64,000 nucleotides of DNA from a phage. Position numbers and translations under genes: made by a program. Location of the stretch: NCBI GenBank assembly GCA_019326865.1, contig GCA_019326865.1_4101.1; one strand, written 5' to 3'. Under the pieces are notes generated by a model. It was given only the letters and a program-made list of their open reading frames with translations, searched no databases and was not told the DNA's origin. Shown here one piece after another: positions 54,836-63,721 of this stretch. Positions within the stretch are counted from its first letter, which is position 1, and each line of letters opens with the position of its first letter.

Positions 54836-55082
54836 ATTCTTATACTTGTCATATGTTAAAGATGAGTACTATGAAAGTGTGTATTATTTTTTATGGCAAC
54901 ATTACCGTACTATAGTAAGAGATTTATATCTAGGAAAATCTATCATATACAATGGTGAAAAATGTACATGTACGGATGTAGTTAGTTTTAATGGTTCTTT
55001 AACACTGTGTTTCAGATGCGATAATAATAGTGGGTCATTTTCATTAAACGTATATCAGTTAGAAGGAATAAATTTTGAATAA
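54798..55082 (+). CDS. family C paralog, hypothetical
   Basis: LKEIQVFYKFLYLSY. Confidence 0.55.
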   Translation: MKSNLKEIQVFYKFLYLSYVKDEYYESVYYFLWQHYRTIVRDLYLGKSIIYNGEKCTCTDVVSFNGSLTLCFRCDNNSGSFSLNVYQLEGINFE

Positions 55083-55275
55083 GTGTCCATATTGTAACAG
55101 TACTCAATTAGCTCGTTTCCGTTTAGATTCAGACTGGGCAACTGGTGCTGGGGATTTCTTCCCTATTAATGATGATGCGGAATACACCGAAGAACAACAC
55201 AAAGATTTTGATAAATCATGGCGACCGGACATTGAGTGCATTTATTGCCTTAATTGTGAGCGTGTCCATGACTAA
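55075..55275 (+). CDS. zinc-ribbon protein (66 aa)
   Basis: CPYC near N-terminus and CIYCLNC near C-terminus (paired CxxC). Confidence 0.55.
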   Translation: MNKCPYCNSTQLARFRLDSDWATGAGDFFPINDDAEYTEEQHKDFDKSWRPDIECIYCLNCERVHD

Positions 55276-55531
55276 AGCTGAACTAATAGTTCATACATAT
55301 AAAATGATATCAAGTACTGAGTTATCATATAGTGAAGATAATCCGGTACTGGATTATTTTGTGGAATTATTGAAAGACCATTATATTGGTAAATCACTGA
55401 ATCTTAATAATATTAATTTCACTGTAAAGGATGTAGCACCAGGTAAAAACGTACTAATAGTATGTGTTACTTCATCTGATAACCCAGTATACCCAATATC
55501 AATAACTTTTGAGATATTAGGGGATGTATGA
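55268..55531 (+). CDS. hypothetical protein (87 aa)
   Basis: track ORF 55145..55531; start moved to ATG 55268 (MTKAEL) just before upstream stop. Confidence 0.5.
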   Translation: MTKAELIVHTYKMISSTELSYSEDNPVLDYFVELLKDHYIGKSLNLNNINFTVKDVAPGKNVLIVCVTSSDNPVYPISITFEILGDV

Positions 55532-55818
55532 ATATCATTTTAATACAAAAAACATATACTCTACTAATGAAAGAATATGCTAATACTTATGATGAAAGGT
55601 GTAGTGCAATTCATAATATGTATGAATTTATTACTCAAGAGTACAGGGATTATATATATGCTGCGTTAGTGGGTAGATATTTCAGTACTAGAAAATACCC
55701 AAAACTTCAAATAGTTGATGTTTCTTTTTATTTCAATGGTCATATTACTATTCATAGTTTAGACCAAGATTCAACAACGTACTTAAACTTTTCATTTGAT
55801 GAGGTAACATTTTTATGA
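55528..55818 (+). CDS. hypothetical protein (96 aa), family C-like
   Basis: MNIILIQKTYTLLMKEY resembles family C N-termini; ATGA-coupled. Confidence 0.5.
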   Translation: MNIILIQKTYTLLMKEYANTYDERCSAIHNMYEFITQEYRDYIYAALVGRYFSTRKYPKLQIVDVSFYFNGHITIHSLDQDSTTYLNFSFDEVTFL

Positions 55819-55997
55819 GAACAGTATTTTTTATCTGGAGTCTTTTTTCATTGGCAGTACTGACAGTTTCAGGTGCTTATTCATTTTTAACAATGAACAC
55901 ATGGTATGTTAATTTACTATTCCCAATTGTTGGTGTTGGTTTAGGATTTAGTTTACATAGTGTATGTAAGGATTACAATGACAAATACAACAAATGA
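55815..55997 (+). CDS. small membrane protein (60 aa)
   Basis: two hydrophobic helices FFIWSLFSLAVLTVSGA and LLFPIVGVGLGFSL. Confidence 0.5.
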   Translation: MRTVFFIWSLFSLAVLTVSGAYSFLTMNTWYVNLLFPIVGVGLGFSLHSVCKDYNDKYNK

Positions 55998-56262
55998 AGT
56001 TCTTATTGCTGAAACAATGAAGATGATTTACTTTATTACTACGGCACAGGATTTGTCTTATCCAGTGAAATCGTTACTTAGGTCAATGTATCTTGATATT
56101 GTAAAAGAATATTATAAATCTAAACACAGAAGCATTATTAGTGTTTATCGTGATTATGAAAGGATTCGTATTTTATTCTGGAACAAGAATCGAGTACGTT
56201 CTGAATGTGATCTAGTAGATTTTAAATTAGAGAATCTTTATTCTTACAAAGCGGGACAATAG
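55978..56262 (+). CDS. hypothetical protein (94 aa)
   Basis: track ORF 55960..56262; start moved to ATG 55978. Confidence 0.45.
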   Translation: MTNTTNEVLIAETMKMIYFITTAQDLSYPVKSLLRSMYLDIVKEYYKSKHRSIISVYRDYERIRILFWNKNRVRSECDLVDFKLENLYSYKAGQ

Positions 56263-56320
56263 TTTAAATCATGATATAATAATGGATAAGGAACAATAAC
56301 TAACACAAGGAGTGTGTAAA

Positions 56321-57049
56321 GTGCTTGACCGTATCCGTTTCGCTACAGAGATGGCGAATGAATTAAACATGGCAAATTTCCAAATGTTAACATCAGTAAT
56401 GGCTGAACATGCATGTGCTTATTCTGTAAGCGGGGTGCAGTGTGGTCAGGAAAATATGTTAGCAGATGTTTATAGTGAAGTTCAAAGTAAACAATATAGT
56501 GTAAAGACTTACAAGGACAAGTTTGTCAGTCTTTACATGAATGAAGATATTAAAGAAGATCGTAAATTCACTGATTTTATTATTGAACGTCGAGTATCGG
56601 GTGTATCTAATCCTAATGCATCAAGTGATGAAGTATTTGTGGAAGTACTTCAAGATATATATGAAAATGAATTGAAAAGTAAGAATCATTACAATGTACG
56701 TGAAACTAGCACAGTGCTCTTGGGATATGATGAAGACGAACAATATTATTATTTCCGTATGACTGAAGTTCCATTTGAATATAAATCACCAAACACCACA
56801 TCAGTTAAAGAATTTACTGAAAAAAGTAAAAATTACATGAAACATGAAGGTAATCGCTGTAGTGTGAATGGTTATGATGAAAATGGTGTTCATGTTTACG
56901 AGTGGATTCATCCTAACTGTCAGACATACACCCGTTGCTTGAAAAAACGTTATAATTTAGAAGAGCATGACTCATTCTATTTTAAGGTAAAGAAACAAGA
57001 TTACCGTCGCCCTGATGATTCTGAATTAATGGGGATGGTCTATTTCTAA
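56321..57049 (+). CDS. hypothetical protein (about 242 aa)
   Basis: track ORF starts GTG 56312 only 1 nt after SD AAGGAG; GTG 56321 has better spacing. Confidence 0.5.
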   Translation: MLDRIRFATEMANELNMANFQMLTSVMAEHACAYSVSGVQCGQENMLADVYSEVQSKQYSVKTYKDKFVSLYMNEDIKEDRKFTDFIIERRVSGVSNPNASSDEVFVEVLQDIYENELKSKNHYNVRETSTVLLGYDEDEQYYYFRMTEVPFEYKSPNTTSVKEFTEKSKNYMKHEGNRCSVNGYDENGVHVYEWIHPNCQTYTRCLKKRYNLEEHDSFYFKVKKQDYRRPDDSELMGMVYF

Positions 57050-57059
57050 AGGAATCGTC

Positions 57060-57344
57060 ATGGATTTATACTCACATGCTTGGACATTCGAACAGTATAT
57101 TTCATTATATAATGAAATTTACAATACTGATATGTCATACTGCAATTATTTTCGCAATATGATCGATGAATATTCAAAGGAATTTAATAGTTTATACCTT
57201 TATGTTAATAAAGAAGTTACACATAAGACTATGAATAAAACAGGTACAATTGATGAAATTTCATTTGATTCCTATGGTGTGTATTTCTATATTACATTTT
57301 CTGATGATACTTTAGGTATACACACTTATAGTGAGTTAAAATAA
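57060..57344 (+). CDS. hypothetical protein (94 aa)
   Basis: ORF track; followed by terminator. Confidence 0.55.
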   Translation: MDLYSHAWTFEQYISLYNEIYNTDMSYCNYFRNMIDEYSKEFNSLYLYVNKEVTHKTMNKTGTIDEISFDSYGVYFYITFSDDTLGIHTYSELK

Positions 57345-57351
57345 AAATATA

Positions 57352-57376
57352 GGCCAGCGTTTGCTGGTCTTTTTTC
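57352..57376 (+). terminator. rho-independent terminator
   Basis: GGCCAGC-GTTT-GCTGGTC followed by TTTTTT. Confidence 0.65.
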
Positions 57377-57388
57377 GCAGGTACAAAG

Positions 57389-57691
57389 ATGATCAGTATA
57401 GATTTAATTGATAGTACTATAAAAATGTTGGCTGATTTAGTGAGACAATCCAATGAAACTTTATACCAATCAATGTATAAAATGTTTGACCGATACATCA
57501 AGGATTGTAACATATCATTATATGGACTTGCTGTTGATATAGACGATTACTATGGTATTAATACTTCATATGAAACAGGAATTTTAATTGGTATTAATAT
57601 AAAGATGGGATATTATCCTTATTACTGTATAGGATTACCAGATAATACGTTGGTAGAATATCCAGCCAGTACTATTAAATTAAGAGGATAA
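57389..57691 (+). CDS. hypothetical protein (100 aa)
   Basis: ORF track. Confidence 0.5.
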   Translation: MISIDLIDSTIKMLADLVRQSNETLYQSMYKMFDRYIKDCNISLYGLAVDIDDYYGINTSYETGILIGINIKMGYYPYYCIGLPDNTLVEYPASTIKLRG

Positions 57692-57698
57692 AACTAAA

Positions 57699-58277
57699 AT
57701 GAATGTATTAGAATTAAGTACGAAGCTGATTAGTATGCGTAACGAGTGGTACGATTGGTTTTATAATGGTACTGATATGGATTTTTCAAAATATCCATTT
57801 ATGGAATCAGGATGTGATTCAAGATACCGCTGGTTGAGCAAAAGTGGTTCTGGTTTATTCATTCGTGTTGATGATAGTGGTCGAGGAATTATAAAAGATT
57901 TCATTCAAGTTGAAGAACTCGTCTATGATAATTGGGGTGATAACGATCCATACCTTGGAAATATGATTTATGTAAGTGAAAATGATTGCATATTCGTTAT
58001 CCAGCGTCATGGTGATTCTATGTTTTATGTAGCGGACAACAATACACCTGACGGTGCAGCAGCCGATGGACTTATGCCTAAGATTGATATATTGGAATTT
58101 GGATTACCTGAGCATTTTCAGATTAGTACTTTATACGATATCCCACCACTTGAGTTCTTTGAAGAATTTAAATTATACTACAATGAACTTCAAAAATTGA
58201 GTACTGAACATCGAATTGAAATAACAGTCAAGTACATAGATGGGACAAAATTAACCGATACGGGGATAGAATTTTGA
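57699..58277 (+). CDS. family B paralog (distal stray), hypothetical
   Basis: famB GLPEHFQISTLYDIPP. Confidence 0.55.
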   Translation: MNVLELSTKLISMRNEWYDWFYNGTDMDFSKYPFMESGCDSRYRWLSKSGSGLFIRVDDSGRGIIKDFIQVEELVYDNWGDNDPYLGNMIYVSENDCIFVIQRHGDSMFYVADNNTPDGAAADGLMPKIDILEFGLPEHFQISTLYDIPPLEFFEEFKLYYNELQKLSTEHRIEITVKYIDGTKLTDTGIEF

Positions 58278-58963
58278 TTAAAGATTTAGATAGAATTTTA
58301 TATGTACTAAGGGGTGTAATTACATTACATCCACACATCAATCGAATTGAAAGTACATTTCAGTTGGAGTCAAGAGAAACTCAATATTCACATATATCAA
58401 ATGTAGTTGGCTCACTTAGTACTGAAGACTCGCCTTACGATATTTGTGTATGTGAAGTACAACCAAGTTCGGATCTTGGATTTGCTATTTTTGATAAAAA
58501 TCAAAATCTCATTAGTATGTTTCAGTGCAATAATCCTTTTTGGAAAACATGCCTGTATCCAGAGTGGGCTATGCTTGATCCAACCAAGAGCACCATTAAA
58601 GTTTATGACTCTAAAAATGATGAAGTCGTTATTGATTTGGATGAGTCAATGTCCGAGGAAGAACACTTTCAGCTAATGATGATGCGTGCTATGCCTGAAT
58701 ACAATGCAATGATTAACACTGTGCAATACATTAAGGATACCATGCCATCATTGCGTACACATGAGTTTTGTCATCCGGTATTGTATGAACATTTAGATTT
58801 AGATTTCAGTACTATTAAATTTAAAGATAGTGTCATTGAGTATATCCAAGAGGTTACTAAATTCGATTTCATTAGTACAATGAATAATAACCCTGAAACA
58901 AATTTCAGACGACAATACAATGAATCTTTGTCTAATGGACGTGATACAAGTTGGTGGAAATAA
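58274..58963 (+). CDS. family B paralog (distal stray), hypothetical
   Basis: famB SEEEHFQLMMMRAMPE; ATGA-coupled. Confidence 0.55.
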   Translation: MIKDLDRILYVLRGVITLHPHINRIESTFQLESRETQYSHISNVVGSLSTEDSPYDICVCEVQPSSDLGFAIFDKNQNLISMFQCNNPFWKTCLYPEWAMLDPTKSTIKVYDSKNDEVVIDLDESMSEEEHFQLMMMRAMPEYNAMINTVQYIKDTMPSLRTHEFCHPVLYEHLDLDFSTIKFKDSVIEYIQEVTKFDFISTMNNNPETNFRRQYNESLSNGRDTSWWK

Positions 58964-58964
58964 T

Positions 58965-59228
58965 ATGAATATTCAAGATAGATTACAATTACTATACACT
59001 ATTGAACAGGCTGCTTTTGAACTTGTTAATAAAATCTCCGAAGAACTTCCCAAAGGAACTATAGTTCGTGTACGTGAGAGGGATTATGAATCTGGAGAAA
59101 TTGAAGAACTAGTACTGACCGTGAATAAAGTAACATACTATGAATCTGAGTTGGCTATCCAATGTAGATCGGAAGATGGTAAAATATACTATTATGACAC
59201 TGGTGTAGATATAGAGGTAATAAAATGA
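58965..59228 (+). CDS. hypothetical protein (87 aa)
   Basis: track ORF 58920..59228; start moved to ATG 58965 after upstream stop. Confidence 0.5.
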   Translation: MNIQDRLQLLYTIEQAAFELVNKISEELPKGTIVRVRERDYESGEIEELVLTVNKVTYYESELAIQCRSEDGKIYYYDTGVDIEVIK

Positions 59229-60367
59229 CCCTTTTGCAAATATATGAAGATTTAATGCACTTGTGCAATACAAACGATGCGTTCTTTTATGTGGATCATA
59301 AAAGTCCTGCTGGTGGAACGTATCGTGTATTCAGTTATCGTCTAGCATCATATACTGATTTCATGCAACCCAATGCATTAGAAACCCGTGGATCTATGTG
59401 GGAAATTGATGAAGAAGGTAATATGATTCGTTGTGCTGCTCGTACTATGAAAAAGTTCTTTAATGCTTACGAGAATCCTGCTACAATGTTCCCTGCTAAC
59501 ACCACATGCGATGACATTGCAGTAGTGATGCCTAAATTGGATGGTTCAGTGATCAGTACTTACCGTGACAATGATGGTGAGATTCGTTGTAAATCACATA
59601 CTGCATTGTATTCTGACCATGCGATTAACAGTACTCGACTTATTAACGAGAACCAGAATCTATATCAGTACATCGATGAAGCTGAACGTTTAGGTTACAC
59701 AGTTAATATGGAGTATACAAGCCCAGAGTACCGAATTGTATTACCGTATCAGGTAGAACAATTGTTTGTGCTGAACGTTCGTCATCGTGTAAGTGGTGAG
59801 TTGCTATGTGGTAAAGCATTACGTGATAAGTTTCCATGTCTTTCACAGTACAGCACTAATATGACAGGAAAAGATATTCATCACACTTTTCCTGTGCGAA
59901 ATTCATTCCGTGAAAGCGTTGATGAAGTTCATAAAATGCTTGACATTGAGGGTTTTGTTTGCATTTTAAAAGATGGGACAATGTGTAAAATAAAGACTGA
60001 CTGGTACAGTTCATTACATCTTACAAAAGATAGTATTATTATTGATTCTCATTTATATGAAGCTGTATTAAATGGTTCAAGTGATGATTTAAAACAATTG
60101 TTCAGTTCTGACGAATATGCTATGCAAAAGATATTAAGAATGGAACAGTTGGTTTTTTCGTGCTATAATGCATTACAAGATGAAGTAGAAAGCTTCGTCA
60201 ATGAACACAAGCACTTAGAGCGAAAGGAATTCGCATTGAAGGTTCAGACGTGCTTATCTAGTGAACTGAATCGTCAGGGCTTGGCATTTGCAATGTATAA
60301 TAATAAGAAAGTTGATTACAAAGATACACTTATCAAATACATGAAAATTATACTAAAAGATTTTTAG
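59225..60367 (+). CDS. rnlA: RNA ligase 1 (T4 RnlA-like)
   Basis: FFYVDHKSPAGGTYRVFSYRLASYTDFMQPNALETRGSMWEID aligns with the T4 Rnl1 N-terminus as recalled; nucleotidyl-lysine motif KLDGS; CILKDGTMCKIKTDWY as in T4. Confidence 0.85.
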   Translation: MTLLQIYEDLMHLCNTNDAFFYVDHKSPAGGTYRVFSYRLASYTDFMQPNALETRGSMWEIDEEGNMIRCAARTMKKFFNAYENPATMFPANTTCDDIAVVMPKLDGSVISTYRDNDGEIRCKSHTALYSDHAINSTRLINENQNLYQYIDEAERLGYTVNMEYTSPEYRIVLPYQVEQLFVLNVRHRVSGELLCGKALRDKFPCLSQYSTNMTGKDIHHTFPVRNSFRESVDEVHKMLDIEGFVCILKDGTMCKIKTDWYSSLHLTKDSIIIDSHLYEAVLNGSSDDLKQLFSSDEYAMQKILRMEQLVFSCYNALQDEVESFVNEHKHLERKEFALKVQTCLSSELNRQGLAFAMYNNKKVDYKDTLIKYMKIILKDF

Positions 60368-60397
60368 TACTAACTAGCCTAAGCACAAGGAGAAGTG

Positions 60398-60652
60398 ATG
60401 GCTAAACCTAAGTATAAAAATGACGGTTCCCTTTCTCCAACTGAGTTCAGGAAAATACAACAAGAAATCGATGAATTACAGCACAAACGCTCAATGAAAG
60501 GTGTGAAGATAAGTAAGAAGAGAATCGAGAATACTTTCGGATGTAGTAGTACTGAATATAAGAAGAAAAGGAAACCGAAGGGTGTTAAGCCGAGAATACA
60601 TGATGTAACTCGCTATACATCAAAACGTGAAAATAAATTTGATCCACTATAA
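60398..60652 (+). CDS. hypothetical basic protein (84 aa)
   Basis: track starts GTG 60395; ATG 60398 follows SD AAGGAGAA. Confidence 0.5.
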   Translation: MAKPKYKNDGSLSPTEFRKIQQEIDELQHKRSMKGVKISKKRIENTFGCSSTEYKKKRKPKGVKPRIHDVTRYTSKRENKFDPL

Positions 60653-60661
60653 GGAGTTCAT

Positions 60662-60892
60662 ATGAAAGTTGAAGTTCAGCATAGTATTGTTCAAGATATG
60701 TCTGTAGTTAAATTTCTTTCATTAAAAGATTACTTTAGATGTATCAAGTTCCTAGAAGAATCTCATTTAAAATGGACTCCATTAAAGTACAGTTCATCCA
60801 AAGACACTGCTAGTATTCGTTGTGATGAAGCTGTACTCGTAAAAATCTCTAAAAGATTTGGGATAGGTAAAGTGAATGAGCACAGTAAATGA
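60662..60892 (+). CDS. hypothetical protein (76 aa)
   Basis: ORF track; SD AAGGAG. Confidence 0.55.
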   Translation: MKVEVQHSIVQDMSVVKFLSLKDYFRCIKFLEESHLKWTPLKYSSSKDTASIRCDEAVLVKISKRFGIGKVNEHSK

Positions 60893-61130
60893 ACTAAAAT
60901 ACTACAACAAAATTGCGGATACGTTTATTACTCATTTATATGAAGAATTCAGTAGTATCCGCAAGGAATATACAGGTAAATGTATTTTATATAGTTCTTA
61001 TCTTAGTGGAAGAATTGAACGTGCTTACATTACTAAAGTGAAGTTTTCTGATGATTATCAATTACTATTTGAATTGGATGATTGTTTAGTCATTGAAGCT
61101 GATTTAATAGTAGATGTGCTGAACAATTGA
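60876..61130 (+). CDS. hypothetical protein (84 aa)
   Basis: ORF track. Confidence 0.5.
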   Translation: MSTVNELKYYNKIADTFITHLYEEFSSIRKEYTGKCILYSSYLSGRIERAYITKVKFSDDYQLLFELDDCLVIEADLIVDVLNN

Positions 61131-61136
61131 GGACAT

Positions 61137-61451
61137 ATGAATAAAGAACTTGCATATAAGGGTATCGAAAAGCTAAAGTTCGTTGAAAAGGAACTAATAG
61201 AATCAGTTGAAACAATGGTTGAAGATTACGTTTTTGATTTTAAGAAAACATTAATTGGATGTAAAGTCAAATGCTGGGATCATACCATTAGAGAATGGTT
61301 CAGTGCTATAATTCTTGATGTTAAAGTATCTCGAACTGGTATTGGTAACTTAGTAAATGGTGAATGCTTTGTATACACTGAATACAATAACGGTACAAGA
61401 CACCTTTCAAAAGGATGGCACAATCTCGAAGATGTAGAATTCATTGAGTAA
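61137..61451 (+). CDS. hypothetical protein (104 aa)
   Basis: ORF track; SD TGAGGA. Confidence 0.55.
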   Translation: MNKELAYKGIEKLKFVEKELIESVETMVEDYVFDFKKTLIGCKVKCWDHTIREWFSAIILDVKVSRTGIGNLVNGECFVYTEYNNGTRHLSKGWHNLEDVEFIE

Positions 61452-61463
61452 CAAGGAGTAATA

Positions 61464-62396
61464 ATGCCAACTATCACCTTAACAATTGGGTTGCCTGGGT
61501 GTGGTAAAACTACATGGGCAGTGCAAGAGATTAAAAACGCCAAATCTAAGACTATCAACATCAACCGTGATGATATTCGTGAATCTATGGCGGGGTCACA
61601 TGATGCTTACAAATTCAACGATGCTAATGAGCAGTACGTAACTACTTTACAGTTCAGTGCAGCAAATTTAGCAGCAGAGAATGGTTGGAACATCATCATA
61701 TCCGATACGAACCTTAAACAACATTTCCGTGATCTCTGGAAAGTATGGGCTAAAGATAATGATTATGATTACAAAGAAAAGAACTTCTATGATGATTTTG
61801 TACCTAATGAAGACCGTGGTGCAGATGTTCATGAATTCTTTAAGATTAAAGAGTTCGTAAAACTTTGTAAGAAATATAACCGCCAGCGTGAGCGTTCAGT
61901 ACAAGATAATATCATTGACACTATGGCAGATACTTACTATTATAGTAAAGCAATGCACATTGGTTACTATGGTAATTCAAGAGAAGCCGCTGTTATCGTT
62001 GATATTGACGGAACTCTTGCTCATAAATGGGGTCGTAATCCTTACGATGAAAGTACTGTACTACAAGATACACCAGATGAAGAAGTTATTTTGTCTATTA
62101 TCGCTGAAGCAGTTTTCCATAAACGTAAGATTATTGTAATGAGTGGGCGTACTGAAGGGTGTCGTGCAGACACAGAACAGTGGCTTAAGAATTGGGGTGT
62201 TCCTTACGATGCATTGTTTATGCGAGGCATCGATGATAAACGACCCGATGATGTGGTAAAATATGAGTTGTATATGAATAACGTCGTGCATCATTACGAT
62301 GTTAAAAAAGTATACGATGACAGATCACAAGTCGTATTCATGTGGCGTAAACTACTTGGATTAAAAGTGATGCAAGTTGCAGAAGGAAATTTCTGA
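61464..62396 (+). CDS. pnk: polynucleotide 5'-kinase/3'-phosphatase (T4 Pnk-like)
   Basis: P-loop GLPGCGKTT; NINRDDIRES; HAD phosphatase motif IVDIDGTLA; C-terminus WRKLLGLKVMQVAEGNF aligns with T4 Pnk as recalled. Confidence 0.85.
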   Translation: MPTITLTIGLPGCGKTTWAVQEIKNAKSKTININRDDIRESMAGSHDAYKFNDANEQYVTTLQFSAANLAAENGWNIIISDTNLKQHFRDLWKVWAKDNDYDYKEKNFYDDFVPNEDRGADVHEFFKIKEFVKLCKKYNRQRERSVQDNIIDTMADTYYYSKAMHIGYYGNSREAAVIVDIDGTLAHKWGRNPYDESTVLQDTPDEEVILSIIAEAVFHKRKIIVMSGRTEGCRADTEQWLKNWGVPYDALFMRGIDDKRPDDVVKYELYMNNVVHHYDVKKVYDDRSQVVFMWRKLLGLKVMQVAEGNF

Positions 62397-62403
62397 CACA
62401 AAA

Positions 62404-62430
62404 GGGATCAATGTATGATCCCTTTTTCTT
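62404..62430 (+). terminator. rho-independent terminator
   Basis: GGGATCA-ATGTA-TGATCCC followed by TTTTTC. Confidence 0.7.
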
Positions 62431-62621
62431 TTAAGGTATATTATAATGAATGTAAAAACACAGATGTTATTACAAAAAGAATACTTAGAAAATATAGAAA
62501 TGTTCTATAGATTGTCTTTATACGAAAATAAACATAAAAAATATAACTTTTCTAAACAACTAACCACAAGTACTAATGATTATCTATTTTCATCAATGTT
62601 TTATGTGAGAGGTTTATTATA

Positions 62622-62879
62622 ATGGATAAATTTCACACAGATATAACACAGATAGGTAATCTTATCAATAGTCTAATTACTGATTTAGAAGAAAAGTACT
62701 TAGGTCGAAATGTATACGTTGAAATGTATGAAACATATGGTGTTATTGATATGATTTATTACAGTGCATTGAAGTGTGAAATACGTTTAACAGTATGTTT
62801 GTTTGAAAAAGATACATTCAACAGAAGTACTGCAATTCGTCAGGTTGGTGTAGATGACATTGAATTATATGAGGAATAA
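62622..62879 (+). CDS. hypothetical protein (85 aa)
   Basis: ORF track. Confidence 0.5.
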   Translation: MDKFHTDITQIGNLINSLITDLEEKYLGRNVYVEMYETYGVIDMIYYSALKCEIRLTVCLFEKDTFNRSTAIRQVGVDDIELYEE

Positions 62880-63133
62880 TGATGTTTGAACAGGACGTAG
62901 AGCTATTCAAAAGACATATTGAATATTTGACTGTTTTAGAGAATGATTTAACCACAAAATACAAAGGAATTAGAGTCCAGTGTTGGTATGATGACTGGGA
63001 TTATAAAAGGGAACTTACTATTGACCGAATTTATTTCAGTGATGGTGTACTGAATGTACATGGTGTAAATGATTTTGGTCATTCATATACATATTCTAAT
63101 AATGCTAAATTTAAAAGGATCTGCAATGAATGA
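62879..63133 (+). CDS. hypothetical protein (84 aa)
   Basis: ORF track; stop/start overlap with upstream. Confidence 0.5.
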   Translation: MMFEQDVELFKRHIEYLTVLENDLTTKYKGIRVQCWYDDWDYKRELTIDRIYFSDGVLNVHGVNDFGHSYTYSNNAKFKRICNE

Positions 63134-63428
63134 ATATTATCATAATTTATTCGATTACATAAAACTAATAGATGATCTTTCTTTTGAATTTCTCAGTACT
63201 GAAAAAGTTGATGAACCTCTCTATTATGATTGTATTAGTTCACTGTGTTTAGATGAAAAAGAGATATTAGCAAATAACTTACCATCCACGGTCTGTGTAA
63301 TCAATGGTTCCAAGGCTGTGGTGTCTGAGGTTAATTTTCATAAATCACTTAATACAATTGTTTACAAGTTCGATAACACTTGGTTTAATCACGTAACTAG
63401 TAATATTAAATCTGTGAGATTTTTATGA
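63126..63428 (+). CDS. hypothetical protein (100 aa)
   Basis: track ORF 63069..63428; start moved to ATG 63126 (MNEYYHNL) overlapping upstream stop. Confidence 0.5.
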   Translation: MNEYYHNLFDYIKLIDDLSFEFLSTEKVDEPLYYDCISSLCLDEKEILANNLPSTVCVINGSKAVVSEVNFHKSLNTIVYKFDNTWFNHVTSNIKSVRFL

Positions 63429-63721
63429 ATATAAAAAAATTATTTGAACAAGTAAATTTATTGTACTGGTGTTCAGACGGCTCAGATAAGGAATATAGTG
63501 AAGTTTATTTAGAACTATTTAGAACTGAAATACATCTAATTCGAAGATACCTAATTGATAACAAAACTGAAGTAAAAGTTAGATACCATAATGGTACTTT
63601 AAAGAATGGTATAATTATTGGATTGATAGTTACACGAATGTCCAGTAATATTAAAGTTGCAGTAAGATTAATGACTGATGATGGTGTCTACACAATAGAA
63701 GCTAATGAGATTATATATTAA
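63425..63721 (+). CDS. hypothetical protein (98 aa)
   Basis: ORF track; ATGA-coupled. Confidence 0.5.
   Translation: MNIKKLFEQVNLLYWCSDGSDKEYSEVYLELFRTEIHLIRRYLIDNKTEVKVRYHNGTLKNGIIIGLIVTRMSSNIKVAVRLMTDDGVYTIEANEIIY

Noticed and set aside
677-61564. All minus-strand ORFs in the supplied track (60-144 codons, for example 677..901, 2395..2670, 28536..28970, 44277..44564)
   Set aside because: Each lies entirely inside a better-supported plus-strand gene or promoter cassette, and none has a plausible SD or promoter. Gene organisation is consistently single-stranded.
1684-61888. Plus-strand alternative-frame ORFs nested in longer genes (1684..1911, 28474..28677, 29482..29727, 29970..30173, 33355..33552, 35960..36190, 42806..42994, 47613..47828, 58407..58676, 61888..62139)
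   Set aside because: They overlap family-motif or homology-supported frames and are typical frame-shadow ORFs of AT-rich sequence.
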